From NCBI RefSeq assembly GCF_032444005.1, contig NC_091290.1, positions 41,912,001 through 41,976,000 on the forward strand: 64,000 nucleotides of DNA. The letters run 5' to 3'. The notes beneath the pieces were generated by a model. The model saw only the letters and a list, made by a program, of their open reading frames with translations, did no database searches and was not told the origin of the DNA. Made by a program: the position numbers and the translations under genes. Shown in pieces: positions 24,398-35,855 of this stretch (within the stretch, counting starts at the first letter, position 1; every line of letters starts with the position of its first letter). This DNA comes from Ranitomeya imitator (taxonomy: Eukaryota).

Positions 24398-25500
24398 CCG
24401 TATATACTCGAGTATAAGCCGAGATTTTCAGCCCACTTTTTTTTGGCTGAAAATCCCCCTCTCTGCTTATACTCGAGTCATACCCGGGGGTCGGCAGGGG
24501 AGGGGGAGCGGGGGCTGTCTAATTATACTCTCCTGCTCCTGGCGCGGTCCCCGCTTCCCGACTTCAGCTTCATCTTGTAGTGAGCGGTCACATGGTACCG
24601 CTCATTACAGTAACGAATATACGGCTCCACCTCCCATAGGGAAGAAAATGCGGCGACAGGGAACAGAGGTGCAGCGACGGCGCCAGGAGCAGGTTAAGTA
24701 TGGCGGGGGCAGTGCGCGATATTCACCCGTTCCTCGTTGCACCCTCGGCGCCGCTGTGTCTTCTGCAGTGACGCTCAGGTCAGAGGGCGTGGTGACGTGA
24801 TTAGTGCGCGCCGCCCTCTTCCTGAACGTCTGTGCAGATGACGGGAAGACACAGCGGCGGTTAGCGGTGGAACGTGAAGCAGGAGACTATAGCAAGTGCC
24901 GGGGTCGGAGAGGTGAGTATGTAACTTTTTTAATCGCAGCAACAGCATATGGGGCAAATATCTGTATGGAGCATCTTATGGGGCCATATACAGCATGATA
25001 TGGGGGCAAATATCTGTATGGGGCATCTTATGGGGCCATGTGCAGCATGATATGGGGGCAAATATCTGTATGGGGCATCTTATGGGGCCATGTGCAGCAT
25101 GATATGGGGGCAAATATCTGTATGGGGCATCTTATGGGGCCATGTGCAGCATGATATGGGGGCAAATATCTGTATGGGGCATCTTATGGGGTCATAATCA
25201 ACATTTGTGCAGCATTATATGGGGCATATTTTGTATGGAGCATCTTATGGAGCCCATCATAAACTGTATGGAGCATTATATGGGGCTCCTGATTCAATAT
25301 GGATATTCAAAAACACTTAACCTACTGATGTCTCAATTAATTTTACTTTTATTGGTATCTATTTTTATTTTTGAAATTTACCAGTAGCTGCTGCATTTTC
25401 CACCCTAGGCTTATACTCGAGTCATTAAGTTTTCCCAGTTTTTTGTTGCAAAATTGGGGGGGGAGGGTTAGGAGGGGGGCTTATACTCGAGTATATACGG
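24398..25500. mobile_element. Tc1/mariner-superfamily (Tc2/pogo-like TIR) non-autonomous element with an internal 52-bp tandem repeat (~24950-25290)
   Basis: TA|CCGTATATACTCGAGTATAAGCC ... GCTTATACTCGAGTATATACGG|TA; unit ATATGGGGGCAAATATCTGTATGGGGCATCTTATGGGGCCATGTGCAGCATG. Confidence 0.85.
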
Positions 25501-25779
25501 TAGCTGACGGTTACTCTAACTTAGGAAGTGCTTTATAGTGTCAGCGCTATAGCAGTGGTGTGGTTCTGCGCCAGCTGGTGTATTCAGCCTAGGAGCGTGT
25601 ACACACATGACGGCAGTGAAGCAAATTTCTGTAAGCATTAGGCGCCTTCATAGGTCTGACATTCACAGTCTGAGTATGTGCTCTGTTTGAGTCCGTGGAA
25701 TATCAGCCGGTCCGAACAATGATGTCAATATTCAGACACAAAAGACCGGCCTTCTTCAGGCACTCTTGTAAATACTTAC

Positions 25780-25899
25780 TTTTGGGGTGGACTGTGGTGC
25801 AGCCTGTAGAGCGCTGGATCGAGCAGAACCAGAGGAAGGTCTGGGTTGTTCTCCTGTGGATGTAGCATTAGGCTGAGATTCAGCAGAGACAAGTGCAGC
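25780..25899 (-). CDS. CDCA5: Sororin, coding exon 4 (AALVSAESQ...AAPQSTPK)
   Basis: Acceptor TTTTTCTTTTCCAG, donor AAA|GTAAGT; 120 nt, phase 0-0; ends in QSTPK as recalled for amphibian sororin. Confidence 0.85.
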
Positions 25900-26983
25900 C
25901 TGGAAAAGAAAAAGGTAGCCATCAAACAATGATATATTCACTGTGTGCAGAATTATTAGGCAAGTTGTATTTTAGAGGATTATTTTTATTATTGATCAAC
26001 AACTATGTTCTCAATCAACCCAAAAGACTCGTACATATCAAGGCTTAATATTTTTGGAAGTTGGAGTGTTTTTTTTTTTTTTTTTAGATTTGGCTATCTC
26101 AGGAGGATATCTGTTTGTGCAGATAACTATTACTGTGCAGAATTATTAGGCAACTTAATAAAAACCAAATATATTCCCATCTCACTTGTTTATTTTCACC
26201 AGGTAAACCAATATAACTGCACAAATTTTAGAAATAAACATTTCTGACATGCAAAAACAAAACCCCCAAAAATGAGTGACCAATATATCCACCTTTCTTT
26301 ATGATGACACTCGGCAGCCTCCATCCATAGATTCTGTCAGTTCCTTGATCTGTTTACGACCAACATTGCGTGCAGCAGCCACCACAGCCTCCAGACACTG
26401 TTCCGAGAGGTGGACTGTTTTCCCTCCCTGTAGATCTCACATTTTATGACCACAGGTTCTCTATGGGGTTCAGATCAGGTGAACAAGGGGGCCGTGTCAT
26501 TATTTTTTCTTCTTTGAGACCTTTACTGGCCAGCCACGCTGTGGACTAGTTGGAGGCATGTGATGGAGCATTGTCCTGCATGAAAATCATGTTTTTCTTG
26601 AACGATACCGACTTCTTCCTGTACCACTGCTTGAAGAAGTTGTCTTCCAGAAACTGGCAGTAGGTCTGGGAGTTGAGCTTCACTCCATCCTCAAACCGAA
26701 AAGGTCCCACAAGTTCATCTTTGATACCAGCCCATACCAGTCCCCCACCTCCACCTTGCTGGGGTCTGAGACGGAGTGGAGCTCTCTGCCCTTTACTGAT
26801 CCAGCCTCTGGCCCATCTATCTGGCCCATCAAGAGTCATTCTCATTTCATCAGTCCATAAAACCTTTGAAAAGTCAGTCTTAAGAAATTTCTTGGCCCAG
26901 TCTTGACGTTTTATCTTATGTTTCTTGTACGGAGGTGGTCGTTTTTCAGCCTTCCTTACCTTGGCCAAGTCCCTGAGTATCGC

Positions 26984-27131
26984 TCAATGTGGAGCTTACT
27001 CTTTGCCACATGGTTTGTTTTTTTTGCCTTCCTCTGGATCATCATGTTAGGGCATGTTAGGTTAGGCTATGGGTTGAACTAGATGAACTTATAGTCTTCC
27101 TACAACCTTAATAACTATGTAACTATGTAAC
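26984..27131 (+). mobile_element. Short CR1-type 3' end nested in the DD37E element
   Basis: ...GGGTTGAACTAGATGAAC... followed by an (AACTATGT)n tail, like the element at 1-315. Confidence 0.65.
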
Positions 27132-27504
27132 GTTGCAGCTCTGAAATATGGCAAAACTGGTGGCAAATGACATCTTTGCAGCTTCACGCTTGATTTTCCT
27201 CAATTCTTGGACAGTTATTTTGCGCCTTTTTTGCCCAACACGCTTCTTGCGACCCCGTTGCCAATTTGCCATGAAACGCTTGATTGGTGATCACGCTTCA
27301 AAAGTTTGGCAATTTCAAGACTGCTACATCCCTCAGCAAGACATCTCACAATTTTGGACTTTTCAGAGCCCGTCAAATCTCTCTTCTGACCCATTTTGCC
27401 AAAGGAAAGGAAGTTGCCTAATAATTAAGCACTTATATAGGGTGTTGATGTCAGTAGACAACACCCCTCCTCATTACAGAGATGCCCATCACCTGATTTA
27501 CTTA

Positions 27505-27844
27505 GGCTAGGTTCACATTGCGTTTACAGCAGCCCGTTTAACACATACGTTAACGGGCTGCTGTAAACGCAGGTGCCGGTATGGCAGCACGCTAGCGAAG
27601 ATAGAGCATCTGCTAGCTCTATCTGCACTAGCAGTGACGGACCCGGAAACGCTGCAGCCCGCGTCTCGGGGTCCATCACTCAATGACGGCACATCCCTAG
27701 CGCACGCCCATTGTGGGCGTGCGCTAGCGATGCGTCCGACATAGGAATTAATGGCGGCCTTAATGGACTGCGTTACACCGCGTTTATGCCGCGGTGTAAC
27801 GTAGTCCGTCTAACGGACGCCCATAACGCAATGTGAACCCGGCC
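27505..27844. mobile_element. Harbinger-type MITE (GGCTAGGTTCACATTGCG family), 340 bp
   Basis: TTA target-site duplication (27502-04, 27845-47); TIR GG..GGTTCACATTGCGTT. Confidence 0.88.
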
Positions 27845-29435
27845 TTAATTGGTAGTTGGCTCTCAAGCCTGAACAGCTTGGAGTAGGACAACATTGTATA
27901 AAAAGTATCATGTCATCCAAAAAACAACTTGCTTAATAATTCTGCACACGGTGTACACTCTGGTACGGACACCGTCAAGTTCTACAAATAACCCAGGAGG
28001 AAAAAAAACAAAACACTATATGCCACCACCAGTCGTTTATACAGGTTTCAGGTAACGTATGGCCTCATGAGGCTTCAGGGGTGCCATTTATACAGCAAGT
28101 GGAATCAACCTATTAAATATTACATACGGTATTTAATCCCAAAAGTTGGGCAGTGTTTATAAAGAAAAAAATGGACAAAGCAATACAGTATGTATAAATC
28201 ACATAAAATAATAATAAAAAAAAGATAGAAGAAAATGTCACGGAAACTGTGCAGATCTTAGCGTAGGGGGCGTTTCGATTGGAAAATGTTGAAGTCCTAC
28301 AGCAAGATTTATCTACCAGTGCTTAAAACTTATTAGATAATAGTCACTCCCACATACCTCCCCTTGGTGAGCTTAGAGGGGGCTGATCAATGGGATGTGG
28401 CTCCGGTTCCAAAAATTATGAGATTGCCAACTTTCAGGATATCTGCCCCCCCCCTCCCGTAGGACCCAGGCAGGAGATATTAATGCCATATTTACTATCA
28501 TGATCTTAGTTCCCTATAGATAGGAAACATGGCATATATGTGATCCATTGAGCAGATATTAATTTGGAGCTGATGCGCAGGCCACCCAGTAATGTAAGTA
28601 ACTGTATTACGTTCACCACAAAGTCTCCCACAACTATATGGCCTATGTCGGTCACACAAAAAAAAAAAAATAATATTCATAACTGGAAACAGTGCCTTCC
28701 TGTCTGACATTCTTGGCCAAATGTAGCTTTGAAGAGCTGAAACTTATTTCCAGGCGCAAAAAAGTAACACCTCCCGGCCTCTTGTACAGACTTCATGTCT
28801 GCTCTCCATCAGATAACCTACTTCAATTACCTGTTCACAGCAGGAGGACATAAAGCAACAAGGGTCAGATGGGAGTGTTAGCTCTTTTTTACATTTCAAT
28901 TTATGGTGAAGCCATATTCAATAGGAGGATGATCCCACTCAAGAGATGGTTTTGATATCGGCCCCATTTTACCATTACATCTATGACAAGACCCAACATC
29001 AGTGTGTAAATGAGAATCTTAAGCAAATGCCCACTGCTGAAAAAAGGGTCAGAAGAAGCCTAGCTTTCAGGCTGCATCTTTTAAGTGGCTTAAAAACGAA
29101 TTGTTGGCAGCACATCCCCCTGTGGAAACTGTAGATGTGCTGCAGACAATATGCAAACTGTAAGGGAACCAAACAATTGTATTAACGATCATTTCTCCCC
29201 CTGCAATTTGCATCGGCCCATGTAAAAGAGGGTCCTTACCTACAAGCCGCCAATCTACCCTAGTAAACGGACCATTACATAATGCTGAGAGATCTTCTAA
29301 AGCTGTCCATAAACATTATATAAATGTTAACTGATTCCATATGGACTGGTGGACCAATATAGGGTATGGGGCAGCCAGACTGTCCTGCAGTGAAAGACAG
29401 TGGGGAAAAGAATTGGACATGTTAGTTTTCAGTAA

Positions 29436-29780
29436 GGCTAGGTTCACATTGCGTTAATGCAGTCCGTTCAACGCATACGCTGACGGACTGCGCTAACGCA
29501 AGTGCCGAAAAGGATCGCGTTTATGCGATCGCGCTAGAGCAGATGCTCTATCTGCGCTAGCGGTGACGGACCCAAAAACGCTGCAGACTGCGTCCGAGGG
29601 TCCGTCACAGAATAACGGTACATCACTAAATCACTAACGCATGCCGATTATGGCATGTGTTAGCGATGTGCTCCATAATGGCAGTCAATGGGTGCGCTAA
29701 CGGATCCGTTACATAGCGTTAGTGTCGCTTTGTAACGGATCCCGCTAGCGGACTGCCATTAACGCAATGTGAACCTCGCC
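29436..29780. mobile_element. Harbinger-type MITE, same family as 27505
   Basis: TAA|GGCTAGGTTCACATTGCGTT ... AACGCAATGTGAACCTCGCC|TAA. Confidence 0.88.
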
Positions 29781-31028
29781 TAAGCCTGATCCTTTGTTTC
29801 TCAAGTTATTGATTTAGACATGTCAGATACTGGCTTCTCTCTTCTACCTACCTAAATTATTCAGTTTACATCCCTTTGGGTAGTCAGGAGAGATAGCAGT
29901 GGCATATAGCCATCTGACAGGTATGGCCATCTTAAAAGGGTTAGCCGCTTCATTTTAAAAGATGTGTTGGGGACATGATTTTGTGGTGCTGACTAATATT
30001 ACAAGTTCTCCTCCTGCAACCATTAGTACAGCCTTCATCATAAACCACAGTGTGCTCCTGGAGGAGCATGTGATCAGACCTGTCAATAGGACTCTTGCTA
30101 TTGAAAAACTTCATATTGAAATTCAATTTATCAATTAAAGAGAATCTGATTCATACCGCCTAAACCGCGGGCAGCAAGAATCAGCGCCTTGCTGCATGAT
30201 TGCAGCAGTGTATGTTTTTTTGTGAAATTCTCCCCAGCATTTCAGAGAAAATATAGACGGAAAATATGGCTGAGGACCAAAGCAATAAACAAGACTAGTC
30301 CGGTGTTGCCCACATCTAGCTCTTAAAGGCACTTCTAGAGATGATTAACATGTGTCTCGCTATGCAAGAGATCTGCCTGTCACCAGAAGTGGCACATAAA
30401 ATAGCCATCCGATGGTGCACCGTCCATTCATCCAGTCTCGTCCATTCCTTTCATCTGCGGTTGAATCTTTAAAGTATATGGACTCTGAAACATACCTGGT
30501 TGCAGTCACCGCAGTTCAGGCAGTATGAACCAGCGTTCTGTGTTATTTAGATGCACTTTTTGCTTTTTACTTAGCTACAGCAGGGTTTTAGCTCATTTTT
30601 TTCCTCTTGTAGATTTAGTATGAACCAGGTGGCAGGTTCCCTTTAAAGGAGACTGATAGACAGGTCTTGTCATATCCCCCAGATTTTATTTTAAAAGTTA
30701 AGTGGCCAATCCGTTTAACTTTCCTTTGGGTAGAGTAACTTCTTTTCCAGATGTCTATCCTTACTTTTTGGCAAATTTTACTAAGGACTTCATTTTCTCA
30801 TAACACTAATTCGAATACAGTGTCATTCACAAACAAAGCGGAAACAATGGCCAACAGTTTTTTTTTTTTCTTCTATAGTTGACTATTTCAGGATATCTGA
30901 CGCCAAGTGGACATTTGAGGACAGATACGTACATAGGTGACATTCTCTGATTTTGGAAAAGAAATAATCAGAAATCAGTGCAGAAAGACAATTATGGTGC
31001 GAGGTAAATAGTGTATGAATGAACTTAC

Positions 31029-31091
31029 CAGTGTTTTGCGGGGGAGGATTTTCTTTGCGGTGATGGATCGCTTCATTACTGGTGCAGCCAC
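31029..31091 (-). CDS. CDCA5: Sororin, coding exon 3 (VAAPVMKRSITAKKILPRKTL)
   Basis: Acceptor CCCTTTATTCTAG, donor CTG|GTAAGT; matches the amphibian KRSIT.KKI.PRKT motif. Confidence 0.92.
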
Positions 31092-32052
31092 CTAGAATAA
31101 AGGGCATGTAAGATGAGAGAACTCTATTATTCTCACTGCCTTCTGTGCACCAGTGCGATTAACAGCTGTCTTTATGCACAGACCTAGAAGGGAAGGATTG
31201 TGATCACAGAGTAGGACCGCCCACTGGACTCCTAAGCGTATAAAGGGGCCGGGATTCAAAATGTAACTATAACTTAGGCAACATTCACAGCCGAATTGGA
31301 TAAGAATAGGATGAGGTCCAAGTCTCACTGACATTTTTTTAAAAATCCATACATTGTGTATGCTATGGGTGAATGTGTGTCCGAAAAAAAAAAAAAATAG
31401 GACGTGTCACACGGATGTATGAATGCAGCCTTAATCTGAATATTTTCTAACAAACATCACTGCATTTTTTAGACCATAAGATACATTTTTTCCCCAAAGG
31501 ATTGCTGCGGCGGAGTTGGATAGAGGGAGGCAGGAGCAGCTGCAGTAAAGAAGGATTTTGTCATAACTGAGATAGGAGATGGCAGCTGGTGCTGATAAGA
31601 GTCTATGTAGATGGAGGGGAGAGGAGCCAGAGGTAAAGCTTCCATCCCCTCCCCCCCCCTCTACATAGAATCTTATCAGCACGGACTGTCATCTCCTATC
31701 TCAGCAATGTAACAATCTGTCATCACTGAATACGGATTTGATCAGAATTGTGAAAATGAGTGATCAGTCCGGGAGGAGAAGATTTCTCTGATAAGATTAT
31801 TAGAACGCTGCTTATTATCACTATGTCCTATTGATTTAAAAAGTAAAATTAAAAAACGAAGGATAACTCATCTTAAAGATTCCGCCCTGACCCACTCGCC
31901 TCTGCAGTGTGAAGTGCAGGTTAACATGGCGTCACCTGTCACACTCCCCTTTTACTGTGGAGGACAGCAGGACTAACCCTTTAAAGACTCTCAATGAGCT
32001 GCTGGTGCGGCCCATACACAACATTTGTGATAGGTCTTTGCCTTAAACTTAC

Positions 32053-32120
32053 CGGGGTGTCTGCAGGTTTGTTGAGAGATGCAGAATTTCTCTGGGATCT
32101 TCTGGCAGGAGGAGCGATAC
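32053..32120 (-). CDS. CDCA5: Sororin, coding exon 2 (SIAPPARRSQRNSASLNKPADTP)
   Basis: Acceptor TTTCCCCCCTGCAG, donor CCG|GTAAGT; phase 1 to 0; RRSQR motif as in mammalian sororin. Confidence 0.9.
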
Positions 32121-32239
32121 CTGCAGGGGGGAAAGGAGGAACATTATAGACTCTCATGTCCCAATCTACGGCGCGGGGGCAGGATTATTTCTCTTTCTTA
32201 GTACCAAGATTTATGGGTAGAACACTGTACTATACACAA

Positions 32240-32730
32240 CGCGGCTCGCGCCAGAGGGGGGGATGGACAACGACGCTGCTCGGGCCGGGAGGTTGGAGGG
32301 GGACGGACGACAAGGTGGCTCAGGCCGGGGAGGGGGTTTGGAGGAGGGGGGTGACGATGACGCGGCTCGGGCAAGGGGGGCCGGGGGTTTGGAGGAGGGG
32401 GATGACGATGACGTGGCTCGGGCCAGGGGGGCTGGGGGTGTGGAGGAGGGTGATGACGATAACGCGGCTCGGGCCAGGGGTTTAGAGGAGGGGGATGACG
32501 ACGCAGCGGCCGCCCTGGCCAGAGGGGGGGATGACGACGCAGTGGCCCGGGCCAGGGGGGGGATGACGACGACGCGGCCCAAGGAGGGATGACGACAACG
32601 CAGCTCGGGCCAGGATGGGGGAGGCGACAATGACACGGCTTGGGCTGGGGGGGAGGGGGGGTTAGGACAACGACGCGGCTCGGGCCAGGGGGGGATGATG
32701 ACGCGGCTCGGGCCAGGGGGGGATGATGAC
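32240..32730. repeat. G-rich ~30-bp degenerate tandem repeat (GACGACGCGGCTCGGGCCAGGGGGGGAT)
   Basis: Repeated units; one more unit at ~33895 beyond the inserted element. Confidence 0.8.
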
Positions 32731-33887
32731 CAGGGCCGGCGTCAGCACTCGGCGTACCTGGGCAAGTGCCGGGGCCCTGGCGAGACAGGGGGGCCCATTT
32801 AGGGCCGGTGTTAGGGGCAGGCAGCTGCCAGTGCCCCCGCTCCCCCAGGGGCCCTCAGCTAGCGGCACATCACGCAGCTGCTATGGGGCACCTGTGAGGT
32901 AGGGCCCCCCTGTCGCAAACGCCAACTCCCCCGCCGCTTTGAACTTTACCGGCGTTTGCCGGTAAAGTTCAAAGCAAAGCAAATGATCATTTCCCACTGC
33001 GTGATGACGTCATCTCGCACTCGCTGTGTGTCAGGCAGTGCAGCCGCCGAGACCGGAACAGGGAGGGAGAAGCGCGGCGCGGGAACGTTTAGAGGTGAGG
33101 AGTGTTTTTTTCTGTAACTAACAGTGAGTACTGGACTATTGGGCCCTTCTTGGGGGGAGGGGGCTGTGCTGTATACTACATGTCTGTGCTATATACTACA
33201 TGGGCCGTGTTATATACTATGTGGCTGTGCTATATACTACATGGGCCGTGTTATATACTATATGGGCTGTTCTATATACTATGTGGGCCGTGTTATATAC
33301 TATGCGGCTGTGCTATATACTATGTGGGCCGTGTTATATACTATGCGGCTGTGCTATATACTATATGGGCTGTGCTATATACTATATGGGCTGTGCTATA
33401 TACTATATGGGCTGTGCTATATACTATATAGGCTGTTCTATATACTATGTGGGCCGTGTTATATACTATGCGGCTGTGCTATATACTATATGGGCTGTGC
33501 TATATACTATATAGGCTGTTCTATATACTATGCGGCTGTGCTATATACTATATGGGCTGTGTTATATACTATGCGGCTGTGCTATATACTATATGGGCTG
33601 TGCTATATACTATGCGGCTGTGCTATATACTATATGGGCTGTGCTATATACTATATGGGCTGTGTTATATACTATATGGGCTGTGTTATATACTATGCGG
33701 CTGTGCTATATACTATATGGGTTGTGCTATATACTATATGGGCTGTGCTATATACTATATGGGCTGTGTTTATATACTATATGGGCTGTGTTTATATGCG
33801 ATCATGAATCGTGGTATGTGTTAAAGGGGAAGGGGGCCCACTGAGACTCTTTCGCCCGGGGCCCTCAAAAACCTGGAGCCGGCCCTA
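32731..33887. mobile_element. hAT-like non-autonomous element with an internal 19-21 bp minisatellite (TATATACTAT(AT/GT)GGGCTGTGC, ~33170-33795)
   Basis: Ends CAGGGCCGGC ... GCCGGCCCTA; no clear 8-bp TSD. Confidence 0.65.
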
Positions 33888-33992
33888 GGGGAGACAACGA
33901 CGCGGCTCGGACCAGGGGGGGCACGGAGAACACGACCTCCAGGCCTCGGTGCAGCCTCTATGACGGTCATTACAGTATTAGGCGACACTCAC

Positions 33993-34050
33993 TGTCCTTC
34001 CCCCAGGTGACCGTCCCCCGGCTGCCGCTCCTCTTCTTCAGGTCGGACAT
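33993..34050 (-). CDS. CDCA5: Sororin, coding exon 1 (MSDLKKRSGSRGTVTWGKD)
   Basis: ATG in GACC-ATG context at 34050; donor ACA|GTGAGT; the seven exons total 924 nt = 307 aa + stop. Confidence 0.9.
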
Positions 34051-34199
34051 GGTCGCGGCTCCAGGTATCTTCACCAGTGACTGTATATCGCTGCGGTACC
34101 GCACCGGGTTACATAGCGCGGGCACCTCTCCCAGGTCGCAGCTTCGGTTTTGGATTCCTCGCTGTGAAACCTCCTATAAATCGCTGAACTCTGCATAAA

Positions 34200-34350
34200 G
34201 CTGAATCCGTTCAAACGTCGCGCGCGACCGTTCTGCCTCCGGAACAGGAAGTGACGTCATAACACCCAATCCGCCGCCATATTGGGTGTGGAGGAAGTGA
34301 CGAGACTGAGCTGCGCCCTGACACCGAGGCTGTCACTGTCACCCGGAAGA
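34200..34350. promoter_or_regulatory. Bidirectional CDCA5/ZFPL1 promoter
   Basis: CHR TTTGAA (minus, 34215-34210) with a CGCGC CDE 4 nt upstream; ETS-CRE GGAAGTGACGTCA 34247-59; CCAAT 34266-70 and ATTGG 34281-85; YY1-like GCCGCCATATT; second GGAAGTGACG at ~34293; CpG-rich. Confidence 0.8.
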
Positions 34351-34533
34351 GACGTGGCAGAAGTCAGACTTGATAGCGGGGAAGCAAAAATAGAAAACAG
34401 CCCGAAGGGGGAAAGGGCGAGAGTCACCGAGTGTGGGGTGTAATGGGGAGAGGGGGCGGAAAGGGCAAGACACAGTGATCCCAAGAAGGAGGACAACACG
34501 GGAGTGGGGCGTGACTGACCCTGGCAGTGTAAG
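34300..34533 (+). other. ZFPL1: Probable non-coding first exon (5' UTR) of ZFPL1; start uncertain
   Basis: Strong donor AAG|GTATGT at 34534. The first coding exon begins at an acceptor (37932) 14 nt before the ATG, so an upstream exon is required. Confidence 0.5.
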
Positions 34534-35040
34534 GTATGTGGGCTCCAGACATGTCTATTGTTCTCTGTTATCAGCCATCTCCGGCTTCTATAGCTGCTGC
34601 TGGCACAGGGGTGGGATATCCATTGGGTCATCAGTGTGGGGTCTTGCTTATAGTGATCCAGACATACAATCCATGTAATATGTCTATTGTTCTCTGTTAT
34701 CAGCCATTTCATTTGGCTGTAAAAAGAAAAAAACACAAAAACTAAATCTATAAAATTACTGCCAGTTCCCAAGTGTTGGGCTTGTTAAAGGGGCTCTGTA
34801 GTGAAGTCACAGCCCCTGGGCCTGCACTGTTCTGCAGACTGGGGCCCTGTTACCCCCATAAGAATGGAGCGCCGCTCCGGAGAGCCCCATAGGAATGAAT
34901 GGGCCGACGCGCTGGATGCGCGGAACCTGGAACTACCAGAACTTATCCTGACCCCATGGAAATCAATAGGGATCTGAAGTTCAGAGCTGGAAAATCTCTA
35001 TCTCTTTTTTTTTTTTTTTTCTTTCTTATTACATTTTTTT

Positions 35041-35855
35041 NNNNNNNNNNNNNNNNNNNNNNNNNNNNNNNNNNNNNNNNNNNNNNNNNNNNNNNNNNNN
35101 NNNNNNNNNNNNNNNNNNNNNNNNNNNNNNNNNNNNNNNNNNNNNNNNNNNNNNNNNNNNNNNNNNNNNNNNNNNNNNNNNNNNNNNNNNNNNNNNNNNN
35201 NNNNNNNNNNNNNNNNNNNNNNNNNNNNNNNNNNNNNNNNNNNNNNNNNNNNNNNNNNNNNNNNNNNNNNNNNNNNNNNNNNNTTTCTTTCTCTCTCGCT
35301 TTTTCTTTCTCTCTCGCTTTTTCTTTCTTTCTCTCGCTTTTTNNNNNNNNNNNNNNNNNNNNNNNNNNNNNNNNNNNNNNNNNNNNNNNNNNNNNNNNNN
35401 NNNNNNNNNNNNNNNNNNNNNNNNNNNNNNNNNNNNNNNNNNNNNNNNNNNNNNNNNNNNNNNNNNNNNNNNNNNNNNNNNNNNNNNNNNNNNNNNNNNN
35501 NNNNNNNNNNNNNNNNNNNNTTTTTCTTTCTCTCTCGCTTTTTCTTTCTCTCTCGCTTTTTCTTTCTCTCTCGCTTTTTNNNNNNNNNNNNNNNNNNNNN
35601 NNNNNNNNNNNNNNNNNNNNNNNNNNNNNNNNNNNNNNNNNNNNNNNNNNNNNNNNNNNNNNNNNNNNNNNNNNNNNNNNNNNNNNNNNNNNNNNNNNNN
35701 NNNNNNNNNNNNNNNNNNNNNNNNNNNNNNNNNNNNNNNNNNNNNNNNNNNNNNNNNNNNNNNNNNNNNNNNNNNNNNNNNNNNNNNNNNNNNNNNNNNN
35801 NNNNNNNNNNNNNNNNNNNNNNNNNNNNNNNNNNNNNNNNNNNNNNNNNNNNNNN
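35041..35855. repeat. N-masked or unknown stretch with islands of an 18-bp pyrimidine repeat (TTTTTCTTTCTCTCTCGC)n
   Basis: N runs 35041-35283, 35343-35520 and 35580-35855; repeat units between them. Confidence 0.8.

Larger units (their letters stand above)
25939..27953 (-). mobile_element. Tc1-like DD37E (TRT-type) transposon, decayed, with nested insertions
   Basis: TIRs CAC(T/C)GTGTGCAGAATTATTA(G/A)GCAAGTTGT at both ends, right TA; transposase TDEMRMTLDGPD ... QDNAPSH-(37 aa)-NPIE. Confidence 0.88.

Noticed and set aside
32156-33844. G/D-rich and Y/C/I-rich ORFs
   Set aside because: Translations of the G-rich and TATATAC minisatellites in CDCA5 intron 1.
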